A stretch of DNA of 64,000 nt from Octopus sinensis (Eukaryota). Location: contig NC_043020.1 in NCBI RefSeq assembly GCF_006345805.1, positions 8,804,001-8,868,000 on the forward strand, in the 5' to 3' direction. How positions within the stretch are numbered: the first letter of the stretch is position 1; the number at the start of each line of letters is the position of its first letter. The position numbers and the translations under genes were made by a program. This document shows, piece after piece, positions 12,371-24,639 of the stretch. The notes under the pieces were generated by a model. It had not been told where the DNA came from. It saw nothing but the letters and a program-made list of their open reading frames with translations, and made no database searches.

Positions 12371-12756
12371 AACGTGGCACTCCGTCAGTTACGACGACGA
12401 GGGTTCCAGATGATCTGATCAATGGAACAGCCTGCTCATGAAATTAATGTGCAAGTGGCTGAGTACTCCACAGACACGTGTACCCTTAACGTAGTTCTTG
12501 GGGAGATTCAGTGTGACACGGAGTGTGACGAGGCTGGCCCCTTTGAAATACAGGTAGAACAGAAACAGGAAGAAAGAGTGAGGGGAAGTCGTGGTGAAGG
12601 AGTACAGTAGGGTTCGCCACCACCCCCTGCTGGAGTCTCATGGAGTTTTAGATGTTTTCACTCAATAAACACTCAACGCCTGGTCTGGGAATTGAAACCG
12701 CAATCCCACAACTGTGAGTCCGCTGCCCTAACCACTGGGCCATTGTGCTTCCATGT
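12371..12756 (-). mobile_element. Family A SINE, full length, with TSD
   Basis: TSD tagtatatatt at 12360-12370 and 12757-12767. Confidence 0.85.
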
Positions 12757-13356
12757 TAGTATATATTTTGATACTATTTCAAGTCTATATTTACATGATT
12801 CGGTGCAGACACACTTTTGTCATTGGGAAAGTAAACAAAAATAAACAGAAGACGTTTGTGCACACATTAACTAGCTACTAAAAACTAGAGGGAGTATTGG
12901 TTGGTAGTTTTCTTGTTTGGTGGTCATGGCAATGGTAGGTGGTAGATAAGAACAAAGCTAGTGTTTTTTCCTCTTTTGACTAAAAGCCTTGACTTTTTCT
13001 TTTTCAAGCACCACTTGAAGAGAAATGTGAGGGTGGAGCGTGAAGTGTTGTCCACAAGAAAATTAGCTGAAACGTGGGTGACCATGGCTGAAAGACGGAA
13101 GAGAGAGAGGGGGGGGTGAAACTTGAGAATAAAACAAGAGAGAAATTGGTTAGAATAACAATAAAGATGCTATCTTTGGAGTGTGGTTTTGGCAATGATG
13201 AAACGGTCAACATTTTGTGAAGTTGGCGTCATCATCCCCCACCATTTAGCATCCACTTTTCCATGCTTGCAGGAGTCTGACAGAATTAGTTGAGGCAGAT
13301 TTTCTACAGCCAGGTGCCTTTCCTGTCACCAACTCTCACCAGCTTCCAAAGAGTAA

Positions 13357-13765
13357 AAGGGAAAGACCCCCCTACCCCCTTTGGTCATGAATGACCATGG
13401 AATTACACCTAGAAAGTTACCCTCTGAGGCACAAGTCCAGGCAAGGTTGTTTATGGAGGACCAGCAGTCACCCATGCATACCAGCCTCCCCTCTCTGCAC
13501 CACTATATGTACATAGGGTAAAGGGTAAAGACCCCCTTCAGTCATGAATGACCATGGGATTGCACCTAGAAAGTTGCCCTCTGAGGCACAAGTCCAGGCA
13601 AGGTTGTTTATGGAGGACCAGCAGTCACCCATGCATACCAGCCTCCCCTCTCTGCACCACTATATGTACATAGGGTAAAGGGTAAAGACCCCCTTCAGTC
13701 ATGAATGACCATGGGATTGCACATAGAAAGTTGCCCTCTGAGGCACAAGTCCAGGCAAGGTTGTT
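13357..13765 (-). repeat. 157-bp tandem repeat (about 2.5 units) of an RTE-tail-like element (family F)
   Basis: gtcatgaatgaccatg at 13384, 13541 and 13698. The minus strand ends in CTTTACCCTTTACC, which resembles RTE-clade 3' tails. Confidence 0.75.
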
Positions 13766-13769
13766 TTAT

Positions 13770-14222
13770 GTTTAATCTGACGAACCTCATCCGACGACAG
13801 GCACCCATGCCAACCCCCTTTGCTTGCGAAGACATGTTGGGGCAAGTGAAATCGAAATTGAACCAATTCTATGACTGGCACCCAGCAGATGCCAGGACCC
13901 CTGGACTGGTGGTACGTAAAAAGCACTATCCGAATCGTGGCCGATGCCAGCGCCGCCTTGACTGGCTTCCGTGCCGGTGGCACATAAATTGCACCAATCC
14001 GACCGTGGCCGTTGCCAGCCTCGTCTGGCACCTGTGCGGGTGGCACGTAAAAAGCACCCACTACACTCACAGAGTGGTTAGCGTTAGGAAGGGCATCCAG
14101 CTGTAGAAACATTGCCAGATAAGACTAGAGCCTGGTGCAGCCTTCTGGTTTCCCAGATCCCCGGTCGAACCGTCCAACCCATGCTAGCATGGAGAACAGA
14201 CATTAAACGATGATGATGATGT
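13770..14222 (+). mobile_element. Family D RTE-related retroposon, near full length
   Basis: Three internal GGTGGCACRTAAA..GCAC motifs, AGGAAGGGCATCCAGC, the CCATGCTAGCATGG stem-loop and a (GAT)n tail. Confidence 0.8.
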
Positions 14223-14778
14223 GTATCAAGAAATGAAAAGAGAAGAGAACCATCATACTCACTGCCAGTTGGCCCATAAAATTTGACTATAAATTCATTC
14301 AGTCCACCGAGGATAGTCACTTCATGTTTGCTCTCGATACTGAGGAATTGTGTTAAGGTATTTAACAGACATGGCAGAGAATGTCATTCAAATTTAAACA
14401 CTGAATACCAATAAATAAAACAAAAATTTAAATGATAATGATATCAAATTTAAATGACAAAAAAATTGAGAATGATGAATTTAAATGAAAGAAATTGAGA
14501 ATGAATGAATTTAAATGAAAGAAAAAAAGAATGATATCAAATTTAAATGATAGAAGAAAAAAATTGAAAATGATATCAATTTTTTTTTTTGGTTGTTGGG
14601 ACTTCAGTGAAAATTAATCATTTTGTTCCCATATTTCTCTTCAAATACATTGCCTTTGTTTCAATTAATTTTGAAAAATATTGAAGAATTTAGTAAAATA
14701 AGTCTGTCATTATTAAGCTGGTGTTTGGATAATAAATTAACATGACATTTTGATGGAAAGTTTTAATTTAATCATTAA

Positions 14779-15572
14779 CCCTTTTGTTGCCATATTTCCG
14801 CTGACATTCACTGCCTTTCTTTCAATTGATTTTGAAAAATAATGAAGAATTTACTAAAACGTAGAATTTTGTCAAATAACTGTCACTATAAAGCTGATGT
14901 TTGGGTCATGAATAAACATGAAATTTTGATGGAAGGTCTTAATTTAGATCACTTTGGTGGAAGCACTCCGTCGGTTACGACGACGAGGGTTCCGGTTGAT
15001 CTGATCAACGGAACAGCCTGCTCGTGAAATTAACGTGCAAGTGGCTGAGCACTCCACAGACACGTGCACCCTTAACGTAGTTCTCGGGGATATTCAGCGT
15101 GACAGAGAGAGTGACAAGGCCGGCCCTTTGAAATACAGGTACAACAGAAACAGGAAGTAAGAGTGAGAGAAAGTTATGGTGATAGAGTACAGCAGGGATC
15201 ACCACCATCCCCTGCCGGAGCCTCGTGGAGCTTTTATGTGTTTTCGCTCAATAAACACTCACAATGCCCGGTCTGGGAATCGAAACCGTGATCCTACGAC
15301 CGCGAGTCCGCTGCCCTAACCACTGGGCCATTGCGCCTCCACTTTAGATCACTTTAACCCTTTTGTTACCATATTCTGTTGAAATACATTGGTTTTGTTT
15401 CAATTCATTTTGAAAATAATGAAGAATTTACAAAAATAACTGTCGTTATTAATCTGGTGTTTGGAACATAACAGGAAATTTTGATGGTAGGTTTTAATTT
15501 GGTTCACATTAAAACAGGAAATTTCTATCACAAAACCAGTGGGTGTCACAGATGGGTTGGTAAGAAGAGGGT
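14779..15572 (+). mobile_element. Two TTAA-CCC MITE copies; the first is interrupted by a family A SINE
   Basis: TTAA|CCCTTTTGTT at 14775 and again near 15354. Both match the complete copies at 51874 and 52209. Confidence 0.7.
14956..15342 (-). mobile_element. Family A SINE, full length, with 13-bp TSD
   Basis: TSD tttagatcacttt at 14943-14955 and 15343-15355. Confidence 0.9.
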
Positions 15573-15876
15573 TTTATCATAGCACCAGCACTAGTGAGGT
15601 TACCATGACAGCCTGCATTACTTAGCCTTCACCTGATTAGTTGAAGGGAAAGGCAAAGAGCAAAAGAAAAACGAGAGAGAAAAATAAGGTAATGTGAAGT
15701 TTATCATAAAGCAAGTCAGCTGAATAGAGGATATTTTTGCCTCTTTCACATACCATTTCCTTTCACTTCTCTTCATCTTCTATACCAACCTCTCTTCTCT
15801 ACACCCACCCAATCCAAACACTAAATCCACAGTCTTCTCATTATACTATAACACTTTCATTTTTACAGATTTCTAT

Positions 15877-16764
15877 CAGTGGTCTTTAACCATCTCTTGC
15901 CATTGGACCCCTTTGATTCCAATTTTACTCCACTGGACCCTCATAGACATTTGATATTTTAAAAAATCCTATTTTCATGATTAAATATTATTAAGAATTT
16001 TATACAGAGGTGTGTGTGCAAAAGTAGATATACATTTATGAAAAAAAAAAACCATGTACAATACTCATTTATTTTTATCAAAAGAATTAAGTTCACTTCA
16101 TTTTTGATATTTTCCGTGTCCTATTCTTTTTCTTTTATTCTTTTACTTGTTTCAGTCGTTTGACTGCAGTCAAGCTGGAGCACCACATTTAGTTGAGCAA
16201 ATCGACCCCATGACTTATTCTTTGTAAGCCTAGTACTTATTCTATCAGTCTCTTGTTGCTGAACCGTTAAGTTACAGGGGGCGTAAACACACCAGCATTG
16301 GTTGTCAAGCGATGTTGGGGGGACAAACACAGACATACAAACATATATATATATACACACATATATATATATACGACTGGCTTCTTTCAGTTTCCATCTA
16401 CCAAATCCACTCACAAGGCTGTGGTCGGCCTGAGGCGATAATAGAAGACACTTGTTCAACGCGCCACACAGTGGGACTGAACCTGGAACCATATGGTTGG
16501 TTAGCAAGCTACTCACCACACAGCCATTCCTGCGCCTAATAATACTTTTATCGCAACATAATTTTTTTAATAAAAAGAAACAAGTATTGTACAGGTTTTC
16601 TTTTTTTCATAACTGTATACCTACTTTTGCACCCCTCTATACACAAAATAGTTAAAATGCTTTGTGTATTGTAGAAGTATAGCTGATTTATTACACATAG
16701 ACTTCAACAACAAAATCTTATCTGGACCTCTAAAGGTCACATGGACCCAGGTTGAAAACCCCTG
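15877..16764. mobile_element. hAT/Charlie-like MITE interrupted by a family B SINE
   Basis: CAGTGGTCTTTAACC ... GGTTGAAAACCCCTG termini. The body resembles 1941-2176. Confidence 0.55.
16128..16537 (-). mobile_element. Family B SINE
   Basis: Head cctgcgcc at 16529-16536, tail cttttattcttttac. Confidence 0.8.
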
Positions 16765-17278
16765 ATCTACACCAACAAATCCTGGCTATCCTACATCCTT
16801 GACACACTTCTCTATACTAAGGACCCCTTCTCTATCTTATACCCACGCACCATCCCTCAGCATGAACTCTGTTCACAACACTGCTTCTCTCTCTACATGC
16901 TACACCCTGCCCTCTCCACAGTCCATTCCAGTCAATGAAACAGTCACAAATTTTGCTGTGCTCCCACAACAGCACACAGTTACCGTTTGCTTTGTCTGTT
17001 CTTTACAGCTGTCCAACCACTTTCTTTCTTTTTCACTCTACTCTTATCCCAATGATGGACTAGTGCCTAAAATGTTTAGAATCTCTCCATGTCCCTCATC
17101 CGCTGTATTTTTTCATATTGTTCATTGTTATCATTATATATAAACTAGCTGACCCTGTGCTGTCAAAAATGAGGGCTAATTGTAGTATTTTATACATAAA
17201 AAGGGTACAGAAAGGTGAATAAAAATCAAACAGTGCTTCAACTCTGTGCGTGTGCGTGCATATGTATACATTTATATA

Positions 17279-17494
17279 TTTCTTTATTACCCACAAGGGG
17301 GACAAACAAGGACAGACAAAGGGATTAAGTCGATTATATCGACCCCAGTGCGTAACTGGTACTTAATTTATCAATCTAGAAAGGATGAAAGGCAAAGTCG
17401 ACCTTGGCGGAATTTGAACTCAGAACATAAAGACAGACGAAATACGGCTAGGCATTTCGCCCGGAGTGTAACGTCTCTGCCAGCTCGCCGCCTT
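17279..17494 (-). mobile_element. Family C SINE
   Basis: acccacaagggg...gaatttgaactcagaac...gctcgccgcctt. Confidence 0.8.
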
Positions 17495-17687
17495 CAATAT
17501 GTATACATTTATATGTATGAGTAGCACGCTCTGTAGCGAACACGGTTTTCAATACCTTCCCACAGTCCACTTCCTTCCTGTATGAAAATGCATGTGTGTC
17601 TGTAATTCTATTTTCTGTCTTTGTACACTCACTCAAATATATTTTACATACACACACATTCACATTCCTCCCTTTTACACACACACA

Positions 17688-17901
17688 CCTCAATCGAAGG
17701 AGAGGGGCTTTCTCCGTCCGGGTTGTGGATCTGTGGAATAATCTGCCAGACGAGATAGTGAAGATGCCGACGACTGCTCAGTTCAAGGTCTCCCTTGACC
17801 AGAAATGGCCTGAACTCTTTACATGAACACCACCCTGTACTTAACTCCATGTCCCCCGACATGGCCTTGCTTTTTGAGCCAAGAAATGAACTAACTAACT
17901 A
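17688..17901 (+). mobile_element. 5'-truncated CR1/L2-clade LINE 3' end (ORF2 C-terminus, 3' UTR, tail)
   Basis: Translation FSVRVVDLWNNLPDEIVKMPTTAQFKVSLD fits the CR1/L2 ORF2 C-terminal motif FSxRVVxxWNxLP..FKxxLD. Stop at 17824-17826, then an (AACT)n tail. Inserted in (CA)n. Confidence 0.85.
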
Positions 17902-18204
17902 CACTCACACAGAGTTGAAGTGCTGTTTGATTTTTGTTTCACGGTTGACTTTCCACCATTTCACTTCCATCGGTGGATCATCCCTTCCTTTCTCATTCAT
18001 GTGTTGTGATGGAGAAATACACAAGAGTATTATTATAGAAGATACACGATGCTCTCTTTGCCACTTCCTCTCTCTTATTGCTATTACTTTCTCTCCTCCC
18101 CCTCTCACTCATGGCTGTTACTCTCACTACTTCTCCTTCACTGAATTACTATTTCTCTCCTCTTCCCTCACCCCTACTGCAGGATTTTGGACAATATATT
18201 CTTT

Positions 18205-18484
18205 TATTCTTACTTGTTTCAGTCATTTGACTGTGGCCATGCTGGAGCACCACCTTAAAGGGTGTTAGTCGAAGAAATTGACCCCAGGATTTATTCTTTG
18301 TAAGCTTAGTACTTATTCTATCAGTCTCTTTTGCTGAACTGCCAAGTTACATGGACATAAACATACCAGCATCAGTTATCAAGCGATGGCGGGGACACAC
18401 ACACACACACACACACACAAATACATACAACAGGCTTCTTCCAGTTTCCATCTACCAAATCCACTCACAAGGCTTTGGTCGGCC
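18205..18484 (-). mobile_element. Family B SINE lacking its head
   Basis: cttgtttcagtcatttgactg...aaggctttggtcggccc. Confidence 0.75.
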
Positions 18485-19605
18485 CATACATTATATACAC
18501 ACACATACTATATATAGACACACACACACATATATATACATTACAGGCACACACACATATACATTATAGACACATACACACACACACACACACATATATA
18601 TACATTACAGGCACACATACATATACATTATAGACACATACACATACATATATATATATACATTATCAACACACAGACACACAAATCTATCCTGATTATA
18701 TATGTATATACATATGCACACACATGCTTATGGCTTCTGCTACTATTAATAATTTGTCTTTATTGAGGAAGATTAGCATGTGAAGAAAAGAAAAAAATAT
18801 ATTTTATATCAAGAGAAAGAAAAAAAAAAATCGAAAGATTTTAAGTGAAATGAAAAAATAACGAAAACCATTTTCTTTTTTGTAACTTTTTTTGAGAAGG
18901 AATCATCGATAGTTTGTGATGTTAGCGAGCAGATTAGAGTTGAAACAGCATTAAGTTGGAAGCTCTTGCAGTGCGCCTATCCTTTCTCGATATCTAGATT
19001 TAGAACCAGAAGATGGGGGAACTGGGGGAGGGGGGGAGGAATGAGAGAGGAGATAAAAGAGCGAGATGGAGAAAAGGGAAACAAAGTGTGTGATTGAGAG
19101 AGAAAAGGGAGAGATAGAGAGAGTGAGTGAGTGAGTGAGAAAGGGGATAAGAGAAAGTTGGAGGAAGGGAGGGATGGGACAAGATGATGATGATGATGAT
19201 GGTAGGAAGCTGAAGGTTCATTCATTCAGAGATGTAAAATAAATGCATCGTTGCAATTAGTGATAAGAGAAGCCAGAGGAATTAGGGTTCCTCACAACAG
19301 GATGGATTCCAAAGACAAACAGGAGGAAGTGAATGGGGAAGCATTTGTTGACAGAATCACAGACAAGTTGGATAGAGAGAGAGAGAGTGTGTGTGTGTGT
19401 GTGTGTGTTTGTTTGTTTAATTCCAGTTGTGACTATCTTGTCTTCATACGGGGGATCTGATGAAGTACTAACATGTTCTTCCTCTTTTTTTTTTTTTTTT
19501 TCCCTTTTTTTTCAAGGCTGAGGAGTTTGATTTGGGGGAATTTTGGCACCTATTTCTTCTTAGATGAGGAATTAGTGGGCAAGTGCTAATACGGTAGAGT
19601 AAATT

Positions 19606-20740
19606 CAGCAGAAAATATGGTAACAACAGGGTTGTTACCATATCTAAATGAAAACCTTCTATCGGAATTATTTCCTGTTAATTTATGTCCCAAACACCAG
19701 AGATGAGAGTTATCAGACTAAATTCTTCATTATTTTAAAAATTAATTGAAACAAAGGTGGTGTAATTCAGCAGAAATATGGTAACAAAAGGGTTGAAGTG
19801 ATATGAATGAAAACCTTCAATCAGAATTTTCTGCTCTGTTCCAAACACCAGAGATGACAGAGTTATTGGACTAAATTCTTCATTGTTTTCAAAATAAATT
19901 AAAACGAAGGCAGAGTATTTCAGCAGAAACATGGTAACAAAAGGACTTAAAATGGTGTGTGTGATTTAAGGGAGGTTGTATATGAAAAGGTATCAGCTGA
20001 TGGATATATAAGAGAGATGACTGTAATGCTAAGGACAGGTAACAGCAAGGAGAGACAACTGATGGGTATTTACCTTTTCTATTAATAGACTCTCACCTGA
20101 GACTCTCTCTCTCTGGTTCTAAGGTAGATACTCACTCTTTAAAGTGAGCTAAATTAAAATGTTCTTGTGTCAAAATGTTGTGCTAATTCATGTTCCAGAC
20201 AACCAAAGTTATTTCAAATTCTTCAATATTTTCAAATTTAATTGAAAGAAAAGCCAAGTATTTCAACAGAAATATGGTAACAAAAGGGTTAAAGTAATTT
20301 AAAAAAAAACTTCCATCAAAATTTTATGTTAATTTATTTCCAAACACCAGATTAATAACGACAAAGTTACTTTACTAAATTCTTCCTTATTTTCAAATTT
20401 AATTGCTGTGTATTTCAGCAGAAATATGGTAACAAAAGGGTTAAAGTGATCTTAATGAAAACCGTCCATCAAAATTTTGTTATTTCCAAACACCAGATTA
20501 ATAACGACAAATTTATTTTACTAAATTCTTCCTTATTTTCAAATTTAATTGCTGTGTATTTCAGCAGAAATATGGTAACAAAAGGGTTAAAGTGATCTTA
20601 ATGAAAATCTTCCATCAAAATTTTATGCTAATTTTTGTTCCAGACAACCAAAGTTATTTCAATAAATTCCTCATTATTTTCAAAATTAATTGGAACGAAG
20701 GCAGTGTATTTCAACAGAAATATGGTAACAAAAGGGTTTT
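19606..20740 (-). repeat. Tandem trains of truncated TTAA-CCC MITE halves (about 7 units of about 146-162 bp in two blocks)
   Basis: GAAA(T/C)ATGGTAACAA..GGGTT recurs near 19611, 19773, 19926, 20269, 20421, 20567 and 20717. Confidence 0.8.
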
Positions 20741-20999
20741 AACTATTTCTTTTTCCTATAAGTTTTTAGAAGCTCCATGAGAGAGCCACATGAAACAACA
20801 CGAATGCAGCTGAAAGTACGCTGCCAACATAAGAAGAGTTCTTCAGTCTGGAGAAACTGAGAGATAGCATGTGATGCTTTGTGTTATTTAGAAGAATCTG
20901 CTCTTTAGACCATCTTTGGTTTCTTGTGCTTGAAGAGAAAGAGAAGGAATATTCTTTCGACAAGCGTCATTCATAATGGTGATAAACTTCTTCCCCATT

Positions 21000-21091
21000 C
21001 TATAGTTGTGTGTATATGTGTGTGCATGCCTATTACAAAAGCTATGTTAGTTTGTAAGTATGTATGCATATATGAACAGTGTGTAGGTGAC

Positions 21092-21127
<36 letters not shown>

Positions 21128-21192
21128 CACACACACACATATATATATACACATATATATATATATACACACACACATATATATATATACAT

Positions 21193-21223
<31 letters not shown>

Positions 21224-21277
21224 CACACAACACACATATATATATATATATACACACACACACATATATATATATAT

Positions 21278-21322
<45 letters not shown>

Positions 21323-21345
21323 TATATATATAATATATATTATAT

Positions 21346-21396
<51 letters not shown>

Positions 21397-21440
21397 TATA
21401 TATAATATACACACCACACACACACCAACTGTATATATTC
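21000..21440. repeat. Compound (TA)n(CA)n microsatellite
   Basis: Alternating TA and CA blocks; the source of the HTHIYI-type ORFs. Confidence 0.95.
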
Positions 21441-22036
21441 TTGTGAAGTACTATTTTACTCCAAATACACATTACTATTAATTTATATACATGAGAATAG
21501 AAAAAGGTTTTGCAAAGATTAAAGACAGACAGAAAACCACACACACACACACACATATACTCTTTTACACATTTCAGTCATTTGACTGTGGCCATGCTGG
21601 AGCACTGCCTTTATATAATGTTTTTAATAGTTTCATTTTTAAAAGCCCACCCAATGCAAATTAATAAAATCCCTAACACAGGTCAATGCAACTTTTTACT
21701 TGTTATTTCAATATTTTGTGTATAGGATCCCTTCTTCAGGAAACTAGCTGACGTGTCTGCTCAGTAGTGTGTGTGTGTGTGTGTGCGTGTGAAGTGTAGT
21801 TTTGCAAAACACTACAGAGCAGGGAAGCTAGCTAACAACACCTTTTCCCCATAAATTTCTCCAAAAAAGGAAACCTAACACTGAAATATTGAAATACCAG
21901 GTAAAATACTATACATCCACCTGGATTACAAATTTCTATAATTTGCATTGTTTGGGTTTTAAAAAATAAACACACACGTGTGTGCATGTATGTATATATA
22001 TATAAAATCATGTGTGTATGTGTATGTATATACGTT

Positions 22037-22264
22037 TCTTTACTACCCACAAGGGGCTAAACATAGAGGGGACAAACAAGGACAGACACACGGATTAAGT
22101 CGATTACATCGACCCCAGTGCGTAACTGGTACTTAATTTATCGACCCCGAAAGGATGAAAGGCAAAGTTGACCTCGGCGGAATTTGAACTTAGAACGTAG
22201 CGACGGGCGAAATACCGCGAAGCACTTCGCCCGGCGTGCTAACGTCTCTGCCAGCTCACCGCCT
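22037..22264 (-). mobile_element. Family C SINE, full length
   Basis: ttctttactacccacaagggg...gctcaccgcc. Confidence 0.85.
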
Positions 22265-22740
22265 GTAAATGTGTATGTATATAGATACACATACATACAC
22301 ACACACACACACATATAATCATGTGTGTGTATATATAGATACACATATACACACATGATTATATATACATATACACACACATCGATTCCTGCAGAGAGAG
22401 ATCTACTAATAGAGCTTAGGTCAGCTGCATTAATAATACTAGTAGTTGTTTTTGATCATTATGATACTATGTTCCACTTAAATTTGTACCCCCACCCACC
22501 CACATTACACACACACATGTTGTATGTAGCATGGAAACAAATTTAAGTAGAGCACAATAAGAAGAACAACAAACAGAACCACCAACAACACCAACAACAA
22601 CAATCACTCCTCCAGCTGATCTAAGTACTATTAGCAGACTTCACCGAGAAAGAAAAGACAACAAGCCAAACAATCCAAACCCTCCCTCCCTCACTTCTCT
22701 TCACAATCTTACAAAGAATACTAAAACCTCTGACAAAATA

Positions 22741-22794
<54 letters not shown>

Positions 22795-22969
22795 GCATAA
22801 GTAGATGCGGGAGGAGGATACAAAGGTGCATGCGTGCGCACACACACACCACACACACACGTTCCCACTTAAGTATAGAGAACATAAAATATGAGGTGTG
22901 GATGCAGAGAGCAAGGAGAACTCTTGTATTAAATACAAATGGATCAGATGGACAATGCAGACTTAGTAG

Positions 22970-22971
22970 AG

Positions 22972-23005
<34 letters not shown>

Positions 23006-23017
23006 ACACACACATGC

Positions 23018-23051
<34 letters not shown>

Positions 23052-23055
23052 GTGC

Positions 23056-23088
<33 letters not shown>

Positions 23089-23157
23089 TGCATATATATA
23101 TATATACACACACATATGCATATATATATATATACACATACACACACACACACGTGC

Positions 23158-23190
<33 letters not shown>

Positions 23191-23305
23191 ATATACATAC
23201 ACACACACGTGCATATATATATATATATTATACACACATACACACACGTGCATATATATATACACATACACACACGTGCATATATATATACACATACACA
23301 CATGC

Positions 23306-23337
<32 letters not shown>

Positions 23338-23540
23338 TGTGCACACACACACATACATGTGCACACACACATACATGTGCAAAAATATACACATACATGC
23401 ATATATATGTACATGCATATATACACACGTGTGCATATAGATATATACACAAATACACATGCATATATACACACACGCACACACATATTTATATTAACCT
23501 ATAAATCTGTGTGTGTGTGTGTGTGCATGCATGTGCATGT
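22970..23540. repeat. Compound (TG)/(CA)/(TA) microsatellite
   Basis: Direct inspection. Confidence 0.95.
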
Positions 23541-24176
23541 ATGTTGTGTGCAGATCTAAAACTCCAACTACCTCCCCCATCCATCCATCCATCCATCCAT
23601 CCATCCGTCCCTCCGCACGCCATTGTGTGAATGAGACGACAAAGAACTCATCGAAGCAGTGAGATGCAACACCAGAACAGAACAGAACAAACCTGCACAA
23701 CCCATTTCTGACATGGAAAAAGACACACTTAAACACAATAATGATGATGATGATGATGAAGATGATGATTAAGTGAGAAGAGCAGAAAGGTAGTGAGGAG
23801 AATGTTGAGATTATACAAGATAGACGTGTTCTTATCCGTTAATCCAATCTCCCTATCTGCCTATTTTGTTACAGAAGAGAAACGAATAATAATGCCGATG
23901 AGAAACGAGTGTACAATAGAACTTATTTAGAAACGTGTCTACTTCATTCTGCACCCCCATCCTCACACACAAACAAGCATCTCTCCTCCTTATTATCATC
24001 ACAATGGTCTTTACACTCTCTGCACTTTTCCATGGTGGCAGGAGATTGAACAGGACTTCCTAAAGCAATGATTTATGGCCAGATGCCCTTCCTAACACCA
24101 ACCTTTTTAGCTGCTTCTTAAGACTCAGGTATTGAGTTCTATTTCCTCATTTGCATCACCAAACCTATACACAAAC

Positions 24177-24212
<36 letters not shown>

Positions 24213-24214
24213 AC

Positions 24215-24463
24215 CCGGAGTAAACACATAAATGTGAAACAGGTGGAAAAAAGAGTACTCAAATACCAGTGGTAGAGTAATATGCTTTATTTAAAGCAGC
24301 AGAAAATTCACAAAACCTGTTACTCTGAGTTTCCCGTTGCCGTTCATCGGACAGTTTTTGCTAGAATATGAGGTGTGTATGTGAGAGCAAAACTGTCCGA
24401 TGAACGGCAACGGGAAACTCAGAGTAACAGGTTTTGTTGAATTTTCTGCTGCTTTAAATAAAG
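24215..24463. mobile_element. Inverted-repeat element between (TA)n tracts, probably a Penelope-like retroelement pLTR remnant
   Basis: 70-nt leader, then about 77-bp arms (24285-24361 and 24386-24463). A second copy lies at 54471-54714. The arms carry a hammerhead motif. Confidence 0.7.
24393..24430 (+). ncRNA. Minimal type-I hammerhead ribozyme motif (mirror copy on the minus strand at 24317-24354)
   Basis: CTGT-CCGATGA-ACG.GCAA.CGG-GAA-ACT.CAG.AGT-A-ACAG: helix I CTGT/ACAG, GNRA-capped helix II, helix III ACT/AGT, GUA cleavage triplet. The core has C instead of U at position 4. Confidence 0.6.
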
Positions 24464-24470
24464 ATGTATA

Positions 24471-24506
<36 letters not shown>

Positions 24507-24508
<2 letters not shown>

Positions 24509-24615
24509 GATAATGGTGTCATTGAGACCCAAAGGTATCAGGTAATGTTGAATAAGTGCTATAGACAGACCACAGTTAAGTTCCAGATTCTGTAATATTG
24601 CGAATAAAGGGTTCA
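24507..24615 (-). pseudogene. Possible decayed C-terminus of a Penelope GIY-YIG endonuclease ORF
   Basis: Translation NCGLSIALIQHYLIPLGLNDTIISF resembles the PLE C-terminal I..(T)..PxGLN motif. It sits between two hammerhead-bearing palindromes. Short and unverified. Confidence 0.3.
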
Positions 24616-24639
24616 ACGTTGGTTCTATGTCAGCGTGTG

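Noticed and set aside
20924-23559. 100-224 aa His/Thr/Ile/Tyr and Cys/Val ORFs (also at 27.4, 29.0, 34.3 and 37.6-38.7 kb)
   Set aside because: These are translations of (CA)/(TA)/(TG) microsatellites, open on both strands.
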